Assembly: GCA_031551045.1 (NCBI GenBank) | Contig: JAVBOD010000006.1 | Span: 652 to 64,651, forward strand | Length of the DNA: 64,000 nucleotides | Reading direction: 5' to 3' | Source: Bacteroidales bacterium | GTDB taxonomy: Bacteria > Bacteroidota > Bacteroidia > Bacteroidales > UBA932 | Shown here: piece after piece, positions 56,257 through 64,000 of the stretch | How the letters are laid out: every line of letters begins with the position of its first letter | How positions within the stretch are numbered: position 1 is the first letter of the stretch | Made by a program: the position numbers and the translations under genes | Notes under the pieces: generated by a model | Seen by the model: the letters and a program-made list of their open reading frames with translations, nothing else | Told to the model about the DNA's origin: nothing | Database searches by the model: none

Positions 56257-56307
56257 ATTGCTTAGTCCATTTTTTTGATAAATATGTCTTATCGCGAATA
56301 CCAACAA

Positions 56308-56339
56308 TTTGCTATTTCAATATAAAAGTACTACATTTG
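56308..56339 (+). promoter_or_regulatory. candidate Bacteroidota sigma-A promoter of the kor operon
   Basis: -33 TTTG (56308-56311) and -7 TACATTTG (56332-56339) with 20-nt spacing. Confidence 0.4.
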
Positions 56340-56421
56340 CGATGCGAAAAATTACATTTTTTTGAAAAAAGCTTGTAGTTTGCTTTCATATAGTAATCAA
56401 ATCATAAAAAAGAAAAAAAAT

Positions 56422-56643
56422 ATGGCACTTAAAGGAGCAATAGTGGTGGATAACGAAAAATGCAAAGGTTGCAGCGTGTGTGTTGTCAACTGTCCCACCA
56501 AAGTGATCGCATTGGCAAAGGAAGTGAATGCGAAGGGATATAATTATGCCTATATGCTGAATCCCGAAGCATGTACCGGTTGTACGAACTGCGCAACGGT
56601 TTGTCCCGATTCGTGCATTACGGTTTATCGCGTAAAAGTATAA
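56422..56643 (+). CDS. korD: 4Fe-4S ferredoxin-type delta subunit of 2-oxoacid:ferredoxin oxidoreductase
   Basis: 73 aa from the ATG at 56422. Two CxxCxxCxxxCP clusters (CKGCSVCVVNCP, CTGCTNCATVCP). Confidence 0.8.
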   Translation: MALKGAIVVDNEKCKGCSVCVVNCPTKVIALAKEVNAKGYNYAYMLNPEACTGCTNCATVCPDSCITVYRVKV

Positions 56644-56745
56644 ACCAATTCAAAGATTCAACCATTCCACGATTTCATCATTTTTGAATCGTTGAATTTT
56701 GGAATCATTGAATTATTGAATTTAAAAATCTGAAAATTAAATAAT

Positions 56746-57828
56746 ATGGCAGAGAAAAAACTCCTGAAAGGAAATGAAGTGATTGCGCTGGCAGCTATCC
56801 GTTGCGGTTGCGATGGCTATTTCGGATATCCGATAACCCCCCAATCCGAAATTATGGAAACGCTCATGGAAGAAAAACCATGGGAAACTACCGGTATGGT
56901 AGTATTGCAAGCCGAAAGCGAAACCTCGTCTATCAACATGTTGTATGGCGGCGCCGCCACCGGCAAAAAAGTAATGACCTCGTCGAGCAGCCCCGGTATC
57001 AGTTTGATGACCGAAGGCTTGAGCTACTTAGCCGGAGCGGAACTTCCGTGTTTGGTGGTAAACGTAGTGCGCGGCGGCCCGGGCTTAGGAACTATCCAAC
57101 CGGCGCAAAGCGACTATTTTCAAGCGACTAAAGGCGGCGGACATGGCGACTATCATATGATTGTGCTTGCGCCTGCATCGGTACAGGAAATGAACGACTT
57201 TGTGGATGTAGGTTTCGAACTCGCTTTCAAATACCGCAATCCTGCGCTGATTTTGGCTGACGGCGTGATTGGCCAAATGATGGAAAAAGTAGAACTGAGC
57301 CCCGAAAAACCGCGTTGGACGGAAGCGGAAATTCAAAAAATGTCGGGCGACTGGGCTTGCCTCGGAAAAACGAAAGACCGTGCGCGCCACGTCATCACCT
57401 CGCTGGCATTGGAAGCCGACGTGCAGGAACGCTTCAATTTAAAACTGATAGAGAAATACAATAAAATTCGTGAAAACGAAACACGTTTCGAGAGAATCAA
57501 CTGCGACGATGCCGAATACCTGATTGTGGCCTATGGCGCCATGTCGCGTATTTGCCAGGAAACCGTAGAAATGGCACGCGCGCAAGGCATCAAACTCGGT
57601 TTGTTGCGCCCCATCACCCTGTTCCCGTATCCCACAAAAGCGATTCAAGCATTGGTGCCGCAACTGAAAGGCGTACTTTCGGTAGAATTGAGTGCCGGAC
57701 AAATGGTAGAAGATGTTCGCTTGGCGGTAAACGGCAAGGTGCCGGTAGAACATTACGGCCGCTTGGGCGGTATGGTTCCCGATCCGGGACAAGTATTGGA
57801 TGCGTTGAAAAAGACGTTTTCGTTATAA
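56746..57828 (+). CDS. korA: 2-oxoglutarate/2-oxoacid:ferredoxin oxidoreductase alpha subunit
   Basis: 360 aa. N-terminal LKGNEVIALAAIRCGCDGYFGYPITPQSEI is typical of the POR/KOR alpha domain. Confidence 0.9.
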   Translation: MAEKKLLKGNEVIALAAIRCGCDGYFGYPITPQSEIMETLMEEKPWETTGMVVLQAESETSSINMLYGGAATGKKVMTSSSSPGISLMTEGLSYLAGAELPCLVVNVVRGGPGLGTIQPAQSDYFQATKGGGHGDYHMIVLAPASVQEMNDFVDVGFELAFKYRNPALILADGVIGQMMEKVELSPEKPRWTEAEIQKMSGDWACLGKTKDRARHVITSLALEADVQERFNLKLIEKYNKIRENETRFERINCDDAEYLIVAYGAMSRICQETVEMARAQGIKLGLLRPITLFPYPTKAIQALVPQLKGVLSVELSAGQMVEDVRLAVNGKVPVEHYGRLGGMVPDPGQVLDALKKTFSL

Positions 57829-57858
57829 TAGTTTATCCATTTCATAAAAAGAAAGACT

Positions 57859-58620
57859 ATGGACATAAAAGACATCATAAAACCAGAAAATAAAGTGTAC
57901 AGCAAAACGCCGGTGTTGACCGACACGGTAATGCACTATTGCCCCGGTTGCACCCATGGCGAAGTACACAAACTCATTGCCGAAGTTATCGAAGAAATGG
58001 GTATCCAGGAGAAAACAGTCGGCGTGTCACCGGTAGGTTGTGCCGTATTTGCATACAACTACCTCGATATCGATTGGGAACAGGCTGCTCACGGACGCGC
58101 TCCGGCGGTGGCCACGGCTATCAAACGCCTGAATCCCGATAAGTATGTATTCACTTACCAAGGCGATGGCGACCTGGCCTCTATCGGTACGGCCGAAATC
58201 ATGCACGCCTGCAACCGTGGCGAGAACATAGTGGTTGTTTTCATCAACAATGCCATCTACGGCATGACAGGCGGACAAATGGCCCCGACTACCTTGATAG
58301 GACAAGTAACCGCCACTACGCCTTACGGACGTAATGCAGAGCTAAACGGCCACCCGTTGCGCATTACCGAACTCATTGCACAATTGAAAGGCACTTGCTA
58401 CGTAACCCGCCAATCGGCTCAAACGCCGGCAGCTGCCCGCAAAGCGAAAAAAGCGATTCGCAAAGCATTCGAAAATTCGGCCTTGAAAAAAGGAACTTCA
58501 TTTATAGAAGTAGTGGGCACTTGTAATTCCGGTTGGAAGCTGACTCCGGTAGATTCCAATAAATGGATGGAAGAAAACATGTTCCCCGAATATCCGTTGG
58601 GAGATATAAAAGACGAGTAA
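57859..58620 (+). CDS. korB: 2-oxoacid:ferredoxin oxidoreductase beta subunit (TPP-binding)
   Basis: 253 aa with YCPGCTHGEV and the TPP motif QGDGDLASIG...NNAIYGMTGGQ. Confidence 0.9.
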   Translation: MDIKDIIKPENKVYSKTPVLTDTVMHYCPGCTHGEVHKLIAEVIEEMGIQEKTVGVSPVGCAVFAYNYLDIDWEQAAHGRAPAVATAIKRLNPDKYVFTYQGDGDLASIGTAEIMHACNRGENIVVVFINNAIYGMTGGQMAPTTLIGQVTATTPYGRNAELNGHPLRITELIAQLKGTCYVTRQSAQTPAAARKAKKAIRKAFENSALKKGTSFIEVVGTCNSGWKLTPVDSNKWMEENMFPEYPLGDIKDE

Positions 58621-58635
58621 GAGCCCCACTCCCGA

Positions 58636-58777
58636 CCTCTCCCCAAAAGGGAGAGGAGATATGAGAGGCTTTTAATAATTAATTGCTACTTTAAAAAATG
58701 AGCAAAAAATAAAATCAGAGTCACAGGCCCATACGCTCCCTTCTCCTTTGGAGAGGGTTGGGGAGAGGCTTTTAATT
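58636..58777. repeat. pair of family E hairpin repeats inside the kor operon
   Basis: CCTCTCCC-CAAAA-GGGAGAGG (58636-58656) and CCCTTCTCC-TTTG-GAGAGGG (58738-58757). Each is followed by GAGAGGCTTTTAAT (58663-58676 and 58764-58777). Confidence 0.75.
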
Positions 58778-58786
58778 TGAAATAAT

Positions 58787-59332
58787 ATGAAAGAAGAAAT
58801 TATCATAGCAGGATTCGGAGGACAAGGCGTTCTCTCGATGGGAAAAATATTGGCTTACTCGGGTATCATGCAAGACATGGAAGTAACATGGATGCCTTCG
58901 TACGGCCCCGAAATGCGCGGCGGCACAGCCAACGTAACAGTCGTATTGAGCAGCAACCGCATCAGTTCGCCGATTGTGAACAAATGCGACACGGCTATCA
59001 TCCTTAACCAACAATCGTTGGATAAGTTTGAAAACACGGTACGCCCGGGCGGCATGCTATTGTACGATCCGAACGGTATTACCAAGCCGCCGGTACGCAA
59101 AGACATTACAGTTTGCAAAATCGAAGCGGCCGAAGAAGCCGCCAAGATGGGCAACGCCAAAGCCTACAACATGGTGGTGTTGGGAGCATACCTGAAAAAA
59201 CGCCCCGTAGTGAAAATGGAAAACGTGATTGCCGGTTTGAAAAAATCGTTGCCCGAACGCCACCACAAACTCATCCCGATGAACGAACAGGCCATTCAAC
59301 GTGGTATGGAAGCGGTGCAAGAGGTGAAATAA
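58787..59332 (+). CDS. korC: 2-oxoacid:ferredoxin oxidoreductase gamma subunit
   Basis: 181 aa. IIIAGFGGQGVLSMGKILA is typical of the POR gamma domain. Confidence 0.9.
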   Translation: MKEEIIIAGFGGQGVLSMGKILAYSGIMQDMEVTWMPSYGPEMRGGTANVTVVLSSNRISSPIVNKCDTAIILNQQSLDKFENTVRPGGMLLYDPNGITKPPVRKDITVCKIEAAEEAAKMGNAKAYNMVVLGAYLKKRPVVKMENVIAGLKKSLPERHHKLIPMNEQAIQRGMEAVQEVK

Positions 59333-59360
59333 AGCTCTACATAAAGTTATTTAACCGTCT

Positions 59361-60020
59361 ATGTTTAAAAAAAGTATATTATTTATTCTCTGTTGTTTAA
59401 CGACCATAGTTGTTACCGCACAGGATGCCAAATCCCATATAGAAGCGTTTGTTAAGAAAATGAATGCATATCCCATCGTGGAAATGAATTTTATTGCAAA
59501 ATTCGAAAATTTGCAAGACAATGCCACCGAAGAACATCGGGGAACACTTCTATATAGCGGTAATAAATTCCGGATACTTATGGGCGAGATAGAAGTGTAT
59601 TGTGATGGAAAAAGCAAATGGTTCTATAACAAACCGGTCGATGAAGTAACTATTTTCCCGGCTGGTGAAGCTATGGACATTACGGATAATCCGTTGGCAT
59701 ATATTACTGCAAACTATAAAAATGGTTTTAAATATAAACAAAAACCGGATAGGACAGAGGATGGGAAGCAACTGAAAGAAATAGAGATGTTTCCTAATGA
59801 TCGGAAAAGCAACTACATCTCTATTATTCTTACATTTGAAGCGAAAAGTTTGAGTCCCTATATCATTAATTACAATACGAAAGACGGCATTCGCTACACG
59901 GTTAAAGTGATTAATTTTGCATCGAGTGTGACCAATATAGAGGACGGCAGTTTTATTTATCCGGCTCAACGTTATCCGAACGCGGAAGTGGTGGACTTGA
60001 GAGGGAACAATCTAAAATAA
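59361..60020 (+). CDS. LolA-like outer-membrane lipoprotein carrier protein
   Basis: 219 aa with a signal peptide. LolA-like pattern (GTLLYSGNKFRILMGEIEVYCDGKSKWFYN). Confidence 0.65.
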   Translation: MFKKSILFILCCLTTIVVTAQDAKSHIEAFVKKMNAYPIVEMNFIAKFENLQDNATEEHRGTLLYSGNKFRILMGEIEVYCDGKSKWFYNKPVDEVTIFPAGEAMDITDNPLAYITANYKNGFKYKQKPDRTEDGKQLKEIEMFPNDRKSNYISIILTFEAKSLSPYIINYNTKDGIRYTVKVINFASSVTNIEDGSFIYPAQRYPNAEVVDLRGNNLK

Positions 60021-60050
60021 AGAATTATACTCACTAGAGTTCAAAAGTTT

Positions 60051-60094
60051 ATACGTAAAAAGCGGAATTTTAAGTAATTCCGCTTTTTACGTAT
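60051..60094. terminator. bidirectional intrinsic terminator
   Basis: Perfect arms ATACGTAAAAAGCGGAAT / ATTCCGCTTTTTACGTAT. The GC core is flanked by an A-run on one side and a T-run on the other. Lies between the convergent genes ending at 60020 and 60111. Confidence 0.8.
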
Positions 60095-60110
60095 AAGTGA
60101 CTAAAGAATC

Positions 60111-61205
60111 TTATTCGTCATCGTCTTCTTCAGCGGCAAAGGCCGGATTATTTTCATCATCGGTATCGGTGTCCGTTTCCGGGAAATCAGGATCTCCAGA
60201 ATCGCCGCCTCCGCCGAATATTACCTTTTCAACTTCATCATAATCATCCACTTTTACATCTACTTTTACCAAATAAACGGTATCGGGCAGGTCGAGGGTA
60301 ATAGCATGAAAATAGGTGCCATCCGGTTTGGTTACTTTCATGATCTCATCCATGTAGTCGATGTATCCGTGCGGATATTTTTCTTTTAGCTCGGCCATGA
60401 GCTCAGGAGAAAGGTTCTTAAAGCTGACGACTAAACGTCGTTTCGTACCGGTTGCCGAGTAGGGGCGGGTAGCCGGTGCCGGTTTTGTAACGTTTTTCGT
60501 TGTTTCTTCTGTTTTTTGAGATTTTGTTACGTTGGTTGCTTTCTTACTAATACTTTCATTAACATTTTTGGGTTCTTTCATCACGGGATCCTTCTGCATT
60601 GTTTTATTTTTTACTTCTATTTTTTGAATGGTCTTTACAGGTTTTACGGGAACGGCCATTTTCTTCGGCTCCGCTTTTATGCCTATTTTAGTTGTTTTTA
60701 TTGATTTTTCCGGAACGATTATTTTTTTAGATTCCGCCTTTTTTACGGCCTTAACCGGGGCTGCCTTGAGGGGAGTCTTTGTTCTTTGCTTTACTACTTT
60801 AGCGGGAGCTTGTTTTTTCAGGGGCTTCTTGGCCGGAACAGGTTTCGTTACTTTTTTGACAGCCTTTTTGGCTGGAGTTAGTTGTTTTTTAGCCAGCGTT
60901 TTAACTGTTTTCTTCGGAGTCGTTTTTTTCACCGGCGCTTGCTTTTTAACCGTTGGCTTGACGGGAGCTTTTTTTACGGGTTTAGCCTTAGGAACTACTT
61001 TTTTAGTTACCTTTTTCACCGGCTTTGTTGTTTTTACTACTTTTTTTGAAATTTTTGTAGTTTTCTTTGCTACAGGTTTTGCCGGCGCTTTTTTTGCCGG
61101 TTTAGAAACCGTCTTTTTGACCGGTTTTTGAGTCGTTTTTTTTACAGGTTTTGTCACCTTATTCTTAGCTGTAGCGCCTTTTTTTATAACCTTTTTTGCT
61201 CCCAT
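60111..61205 (-). CDS. histone-H1-like Lys/Pro/Val/Thr-rich protein with globular C-terminal domain and acidic tail
   Basis: 364 aa. Residues 1 to ~240 are degenerate KKxxKPVKK-type repeats. A ~85-aa ordered segment follows (RRLVVSFKNLSPELMAELKEKYPHGYIDY...VYLVKVDVKVDD), then DSGDPDFPETDTDTDDENNPAFAAEEDDDE. Confidence 0.75.
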   Translation of the reverse strand: MGAKKVIKKGATAKNKVTKPVKKTTQKPVKKTVSKPAKKAPAKPVAKKTTKISKKVVKTTKPVKKVTKKVVPKAKPVKKAPVKPTVKKQAPVKKTTPKKTVKTLAKKQLTPAKKAVKKVTKPVPAKKPLKKQAPAKVVKQRTKTPLKAAPVKAVKKAESKKIIVPEKSIKTTKIGIKAEPKKMAVPVKPVKTIQKIEVKNKTMQKDPVMKEPKNVNESISKKATNVTKSQKTEETTKNVTKPAPATRPYSATGTKRRLVVSFKNLSPELMAELKEKYPHGYIDYMDEIMKVTKPDGTYFHAITLDLPDTVYLVKVDVKVDDYDEVEKVIFGGGGDSGDPDFPETDTDTDDENNPAFAAEEDDDE

Positions 61206-61530
61206 AATGCATTATTTTTAAGCAATAAAATTTTTGCAATAATACATTAAAAAATTAAATCCTTAAAAATTTTTTTTAAGACTTTTCAAAATTCGTGGAT
61301 AATAAGTTGCTTTTTTGCTTTAAACTATATAGTTATGTTTCATTTTGTTTTTCAAGTTATTGATTTTAAAGACATTGTTATAATAATAACACAATTTATA
61401 TTATGTTAAATAAATATGTTAATAATTAGTTAATAACTAATGTTATAGAGCCCTTCAAATATTCCTTCTAATAATATAAATTTGCACGCATTGGAATATC
61501 CATTACAAACTAAACTTAAATTTCTTTCTT

Positions 61531-61980
61531 ATGAAATCATCAAAAGTAACTCTTCTGACAATGGTAATAGCTTTCATGTTGCCATTACTGGTTTCATGTA
61601 AAACCGACGAAACTACTCATACCGATGTTGCTGTTTATGCCTACAATGACGCAGACAGGATAAATATATCGGTGTCTATCAGTGAAAAAAACGGCATGAA
61701 GTATTTATCGGGTTATTCATTCTCGTATAGGGATAATGATGATATACCTGCAATTAAAGCTAATAATACGACCATAGAAGCTATGTTGTCAAGTGGGAAA
61801 GTTATGATAGATTTTGCAAAATTAGCCGCTGGTTTACACGCCACTAAACCATCTTATATGGAATTAGCTTTAACTGACGACGGGAACTTGAATATCCAGT
61901 ATGTACTTAACATAGAAAATAATGATATATCGGTGGCCGGTAATTGCGAATTATTGCCTAAGGATATTATTACTTTATAG
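61531..61980 (+). CDS. small lipoprotein of unknown function
   Basis: 149 aa with lipobox LLVSC. The 3' end overlaps the GH92 gene by 11 nt (convergent). Confidence 0.5.
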   Translation: MKSSKVTLLTMVIAFMLPLLVSCKTDETTHTDVAVYAYNDADRINISVSISEKNGMKYLSGYSFSYRDNDDIPAIKANNTTIEAMLSSGKVMIDFAKLAAGLHATKPSYMELALTDDGNLNIQYVLNIENNDISVAGNCELLPKDIITL

Positions 61981-64000
61981 ATAGCGAAAAAGAATAAGGT
62001 ACCTCGTTTTCTGCAATCCCCCTTTTATAATTCGGAGTGGAATGCATCTCCAAAAAGAGGGTTGCTCCTTGTAATAAATCACTATAAACCATGTAATTCT
62101 TAGTGTATGGCTTTCTGTTAAAGGTCATTGACCGGATATAACGGTTTGTCGGGTTATTGTTAGGCGACTCTATACAAACGGTTTTCCCATTTGTCAATGT
62201 CAAGGTTATTTTTTTGAATAAAGGTGCGCCTAATACATATTGGTCGCTGCCGGGGCATACGGGATAAAAGCCCATTGCCGAGAATACGTACCAGGCCGAG
62301 GTTTGGCCATTATCCTCATCGCCGCAGTAACCGTCTGGTGTGGAAGTATATAAGCGATTCATTACTTCTCTTACCCAATATTGGGTTTTCCACGGCTCTC
62401 CCGAATAGTTGTAAAGATAAATCATGTGTTGAATAGGCTGATTTCCATGAGCATATTGCCCCATATTCATGATTTGCATCTCGCGGATTTCATGAATTAC
62501 GCCGCCATAATAACTTTCATCAAATATAGGCGGTAGGCTGAATATGGTATCGAGCATCCGGTTAAAGGATAGCTTCCCTCCCATCAAATCTATCAGTCCC
62601 TGCACGTCATGGAATACGCTCCATGTATAGTGCCACGCATTTCCTTCTGTGAAAGCATCGCCCCATTTAAAGGGATTAAAAGGTTTTTGAAAACTTCCGC
62701 CGGCATTCCGCCCACGCATGAGGTTGGTTTCAGGGTCAAACAGTTTCCGGTAGTTTTGACTACGCTGCGTGTACAGTTCTATTTCTTCCTGCGGGCGTCC
62801 TAATTTTTTACCCATTTGCGCCATACACCAGTCGTCGTAGGCGTATTCCAAGGTACGGGCTGCATTTTCGTTGATTTTTACATCGTACGGCACATATCCG
62901 AGCGTATTGTAATATTCATAACCCAATCGGCCTGTTGATGCTATTTTCGGATTTACATTATTAGCGCCATGTAGAAGGGCTTCGTATAATTTATTGACGT
63001 CGGAAACCGTAATTCCTTTCAGGAAAGCATCGGCCACTACCGAGGCAGAGTTATTGCCTACCATGCAGTTGCGATGTCCGGGGCTGGCCCATTCGGGCAA
63101 CCATCCGCTTTCTTTGTAGGTATTCAGCAAACCTTCCTGTATTTCGGCGTTCACTTCGGGATATACCAGATTTAACAAAGGGAATAATGCCCGGAAGGTA
63201 TCCCAAAAACCGGTGCCGGTATATAAATAACCGGATGATACTTCTCCGTTGAACGGGCTGTAATGCACAGGCTTTCCTTCGGCATTGATTTCGTAAAGTT
63301 TATGCGGGAAAAATAAACATCGGTAAAGACAAGAGTAAAATGTACATAGCTGTTCATCCGTCCCTCCTTCTACCTTAATTCTCTCCATTGCTTTATTCCA
63401 CACTGTTTTCGCTTCTTGCCGGACAGTATCGAAGTCTTTGTTCCCAATTTCGCGTTGCAAATTCAATTCTGCCTGATCTGTGCTGATAAAGGACGATGCT
63501 ACGCGCAACACCACTTGTTCTCCCCGCTGCGTTTTGAATCCGACTACAGCGCCTACGTGTTCATCATAAAGTTCTGTCGGGTCAACCAGCCCTTCCTTGT
63601 TCCATAATTTGTAGAAAGAAAAAGGTTTAGAGCTGTAAATGACAAAATAGTTTTTGAAATTCGCGGCCACTCCCCCACTGTTTTTAGTGCTGTAACCCAC
63701 TATTTTATTTTCTTCAGGAATTACTTTTATATAGGCGCCTTTGTCGAGTGCATCAATCACTATATATGCGCTGTCGGTTTCGGGATACGTAAAGCGGAAT
63801 ATTGCAGAACGCTCGGTGGGTGTTAATTCGGCAGTTATATTATGGTCGGCTAAGTAAACGCTGTAATAATAAGGTTTGGCTATTTCTGCTTTATGTGAAA
63901 ACCAACTGGCACGGTCGTCCTCATTGTAGCAAAGTTTACCGGTCACCGGCATGACGACGAATTGCCCGAAATCGTTGATCCACGGGCTGGGTTGATGGGT
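61970..64000 (-). CDS. GH92-family alpha-mannosidase (N-terminus outside the window)
   Basis: GH92 signatures HQPSPWINDFGQF (at the window edge), GDAFTEGNAWHYTW and HGNQPIQHMIYLYNYSGEPWKTQ. The reading frame stays open to position 64000. Confidence 0.9.
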   Translation of the reverse strand, partial: THQPSPWINDFGQFVVMPVTGKLCYNEDDRASWFSHKAEIAKPYYYSVYLADHNITAELTPTERSAIFRFTYPETDSAYIVIDALDKGAYIKVIPEENKIVGYSTKNSGGVAANFKNYFVIYSSKPFSFYKLWNKEGLVDPTELYDEHVGAVVGFKTQRGEQVVLRVASSFISTDQAELNLQREIGNKDFDTVRQEAKTVWNKAMERIKVEGGTDEQLCTFYSCLYRCLFFPHKLYEINAEGKPVHYSPFNGEVSSGYLYTGTGFWDTFRALFPLLNLVYPEVNAEIQEGLLNTYKESGWLPEWASPGHRNCMVGNNSASVVADAFLKGITVSDVNKLYEALLHGANNVNPKIASTGRLGYEYYNTLGYVPYDVKINENAARTLEYAYDDWCMAQMGKKLGRPQEEIELYTQRSQNYRKLFDPETNLMRGRNAGGSFQKPFNPFKWGDAFTEGNAWHYTWSVFHDVQGLIDLMGGKLSFNRMLDTIFSLPPIFDESYYGGVIHEIREMQIMNMGQYAHGNQPIQHMIYLYNYSGEPWKTQYWVREVMNRLYTSTPDGYCGDEDNGQTSAWYVFSAMGFYPVCPGSDQYVLGAPLFKKITLTLTNGKTVCIESPNNNPTNRYIRSMTFNRKPYTKNYMVYSDLLQGATLFLEMHSTPNYKRGIAENEVPYSFSLSIK

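Noticed and set aside
49391-56277. Calling the island a defined mobile element (ICE, transposon or prophage).
   Set aside because: There is no integrase, transposase, relaxase, phage gene or tRNA attachment site, and no terminal inverted or direct repeats bracket the whole island. Only compositional bias and the internal 120-nt duplication support foreign origin.
56322-56332. The 11-mer ATAAAAGTACT in the kor promoter region matches the core of the 26-nt box at 39994-40019.
   Set aside because: It is a single short AT-rich match that overlaps the generic promoter region. The inverted half-site TACTTT is missing. Chance similarity is plausible in a 64-kb AT-moderate sequence.
60628-61131. 167-aa plus-strand ORF rich in Phe/Gly/Thr/Ala.
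   Set aside because: It mirrors the low-complexity Lys-rich repeat tract of the H1-like gene (AAA/AAG read on the opposite strand as TTT/CTT). It has no independent start context.
1-64000. CRISPR arrays, tRNA, rRNA and tmRNA genes.
   Set aside because: The many short repeats are palindromic, irregularly spaced and dispersed singly or in pairs. They lack the constant repeat/spacer periodicity of CRISPR. I saw no cloverleaf-like or rRNA-like segments in any intergenic region. tRNAscan-SE/Infernal were not run.

Overview
This 64-kb chromosomal segment looks like Bacteroidota, probably Bacteroidales-type. Support for that: an ECF-sigma/anti-sigma/SusC(STN)/SusD locus, T9SS-related proteins, a GH92 mannosidase, TAnnTTTG-type -7 promoter boxes and essentially no Shine-Dalgarno sequences. 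I call about 58 protein genes. I saw no rRNA, tRNA, CRISPR array, integrase or transposase.

Most of the window is housekeeping: dcp, uvrB, recR, an acyl-CoA ligase, cbpA/cbpM, two long RelA/SpoT homologues, rsmE, a TrmH-family methylase, a RecD-like helicase, creD, trkH, rlmD, korDABC, and LolA-like and GH92 genes.

The stand-out region is an AT-rich island at about 49.4-56.3 kb. It encodes:
- one intact double-glycine (GG)-leader peptide and one decayed copy;
- a run of small hydrophobic ORFs, which are candidate immunity genes;
- a membrane-anchored thioredoxin with a PDI-type CGHC site;
- a C39-peptidase ABC exporter.
No HlyD or TolC partner, regulator or mobility gene is present in the island. 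Its distal end carries a 120-nt direct repeat that duplicates the 3' end of the exporter gene around an inserted 294-aa secreted protein gene.

Other points of interest:
- an enzyme-less SusC/SusD/DUF4843-like/PKD-like array joined by an 8-nt gap to a GldA-like ATPase and a fused GldF-GldG-like protein;
- a 26-nt box shared by the two promoters of a winged-helix regulator/CreD module;
- trkH translationally coupled to a sensor that has only a HAMP domain;
- a histone-H1-like, charge-segregated protein;
- several families of short hairpin-forming intergenic repeats.

Everything here was read by eye. Repeat coordinates may be off by 1-3 nt, and no database search or folding computation was run.
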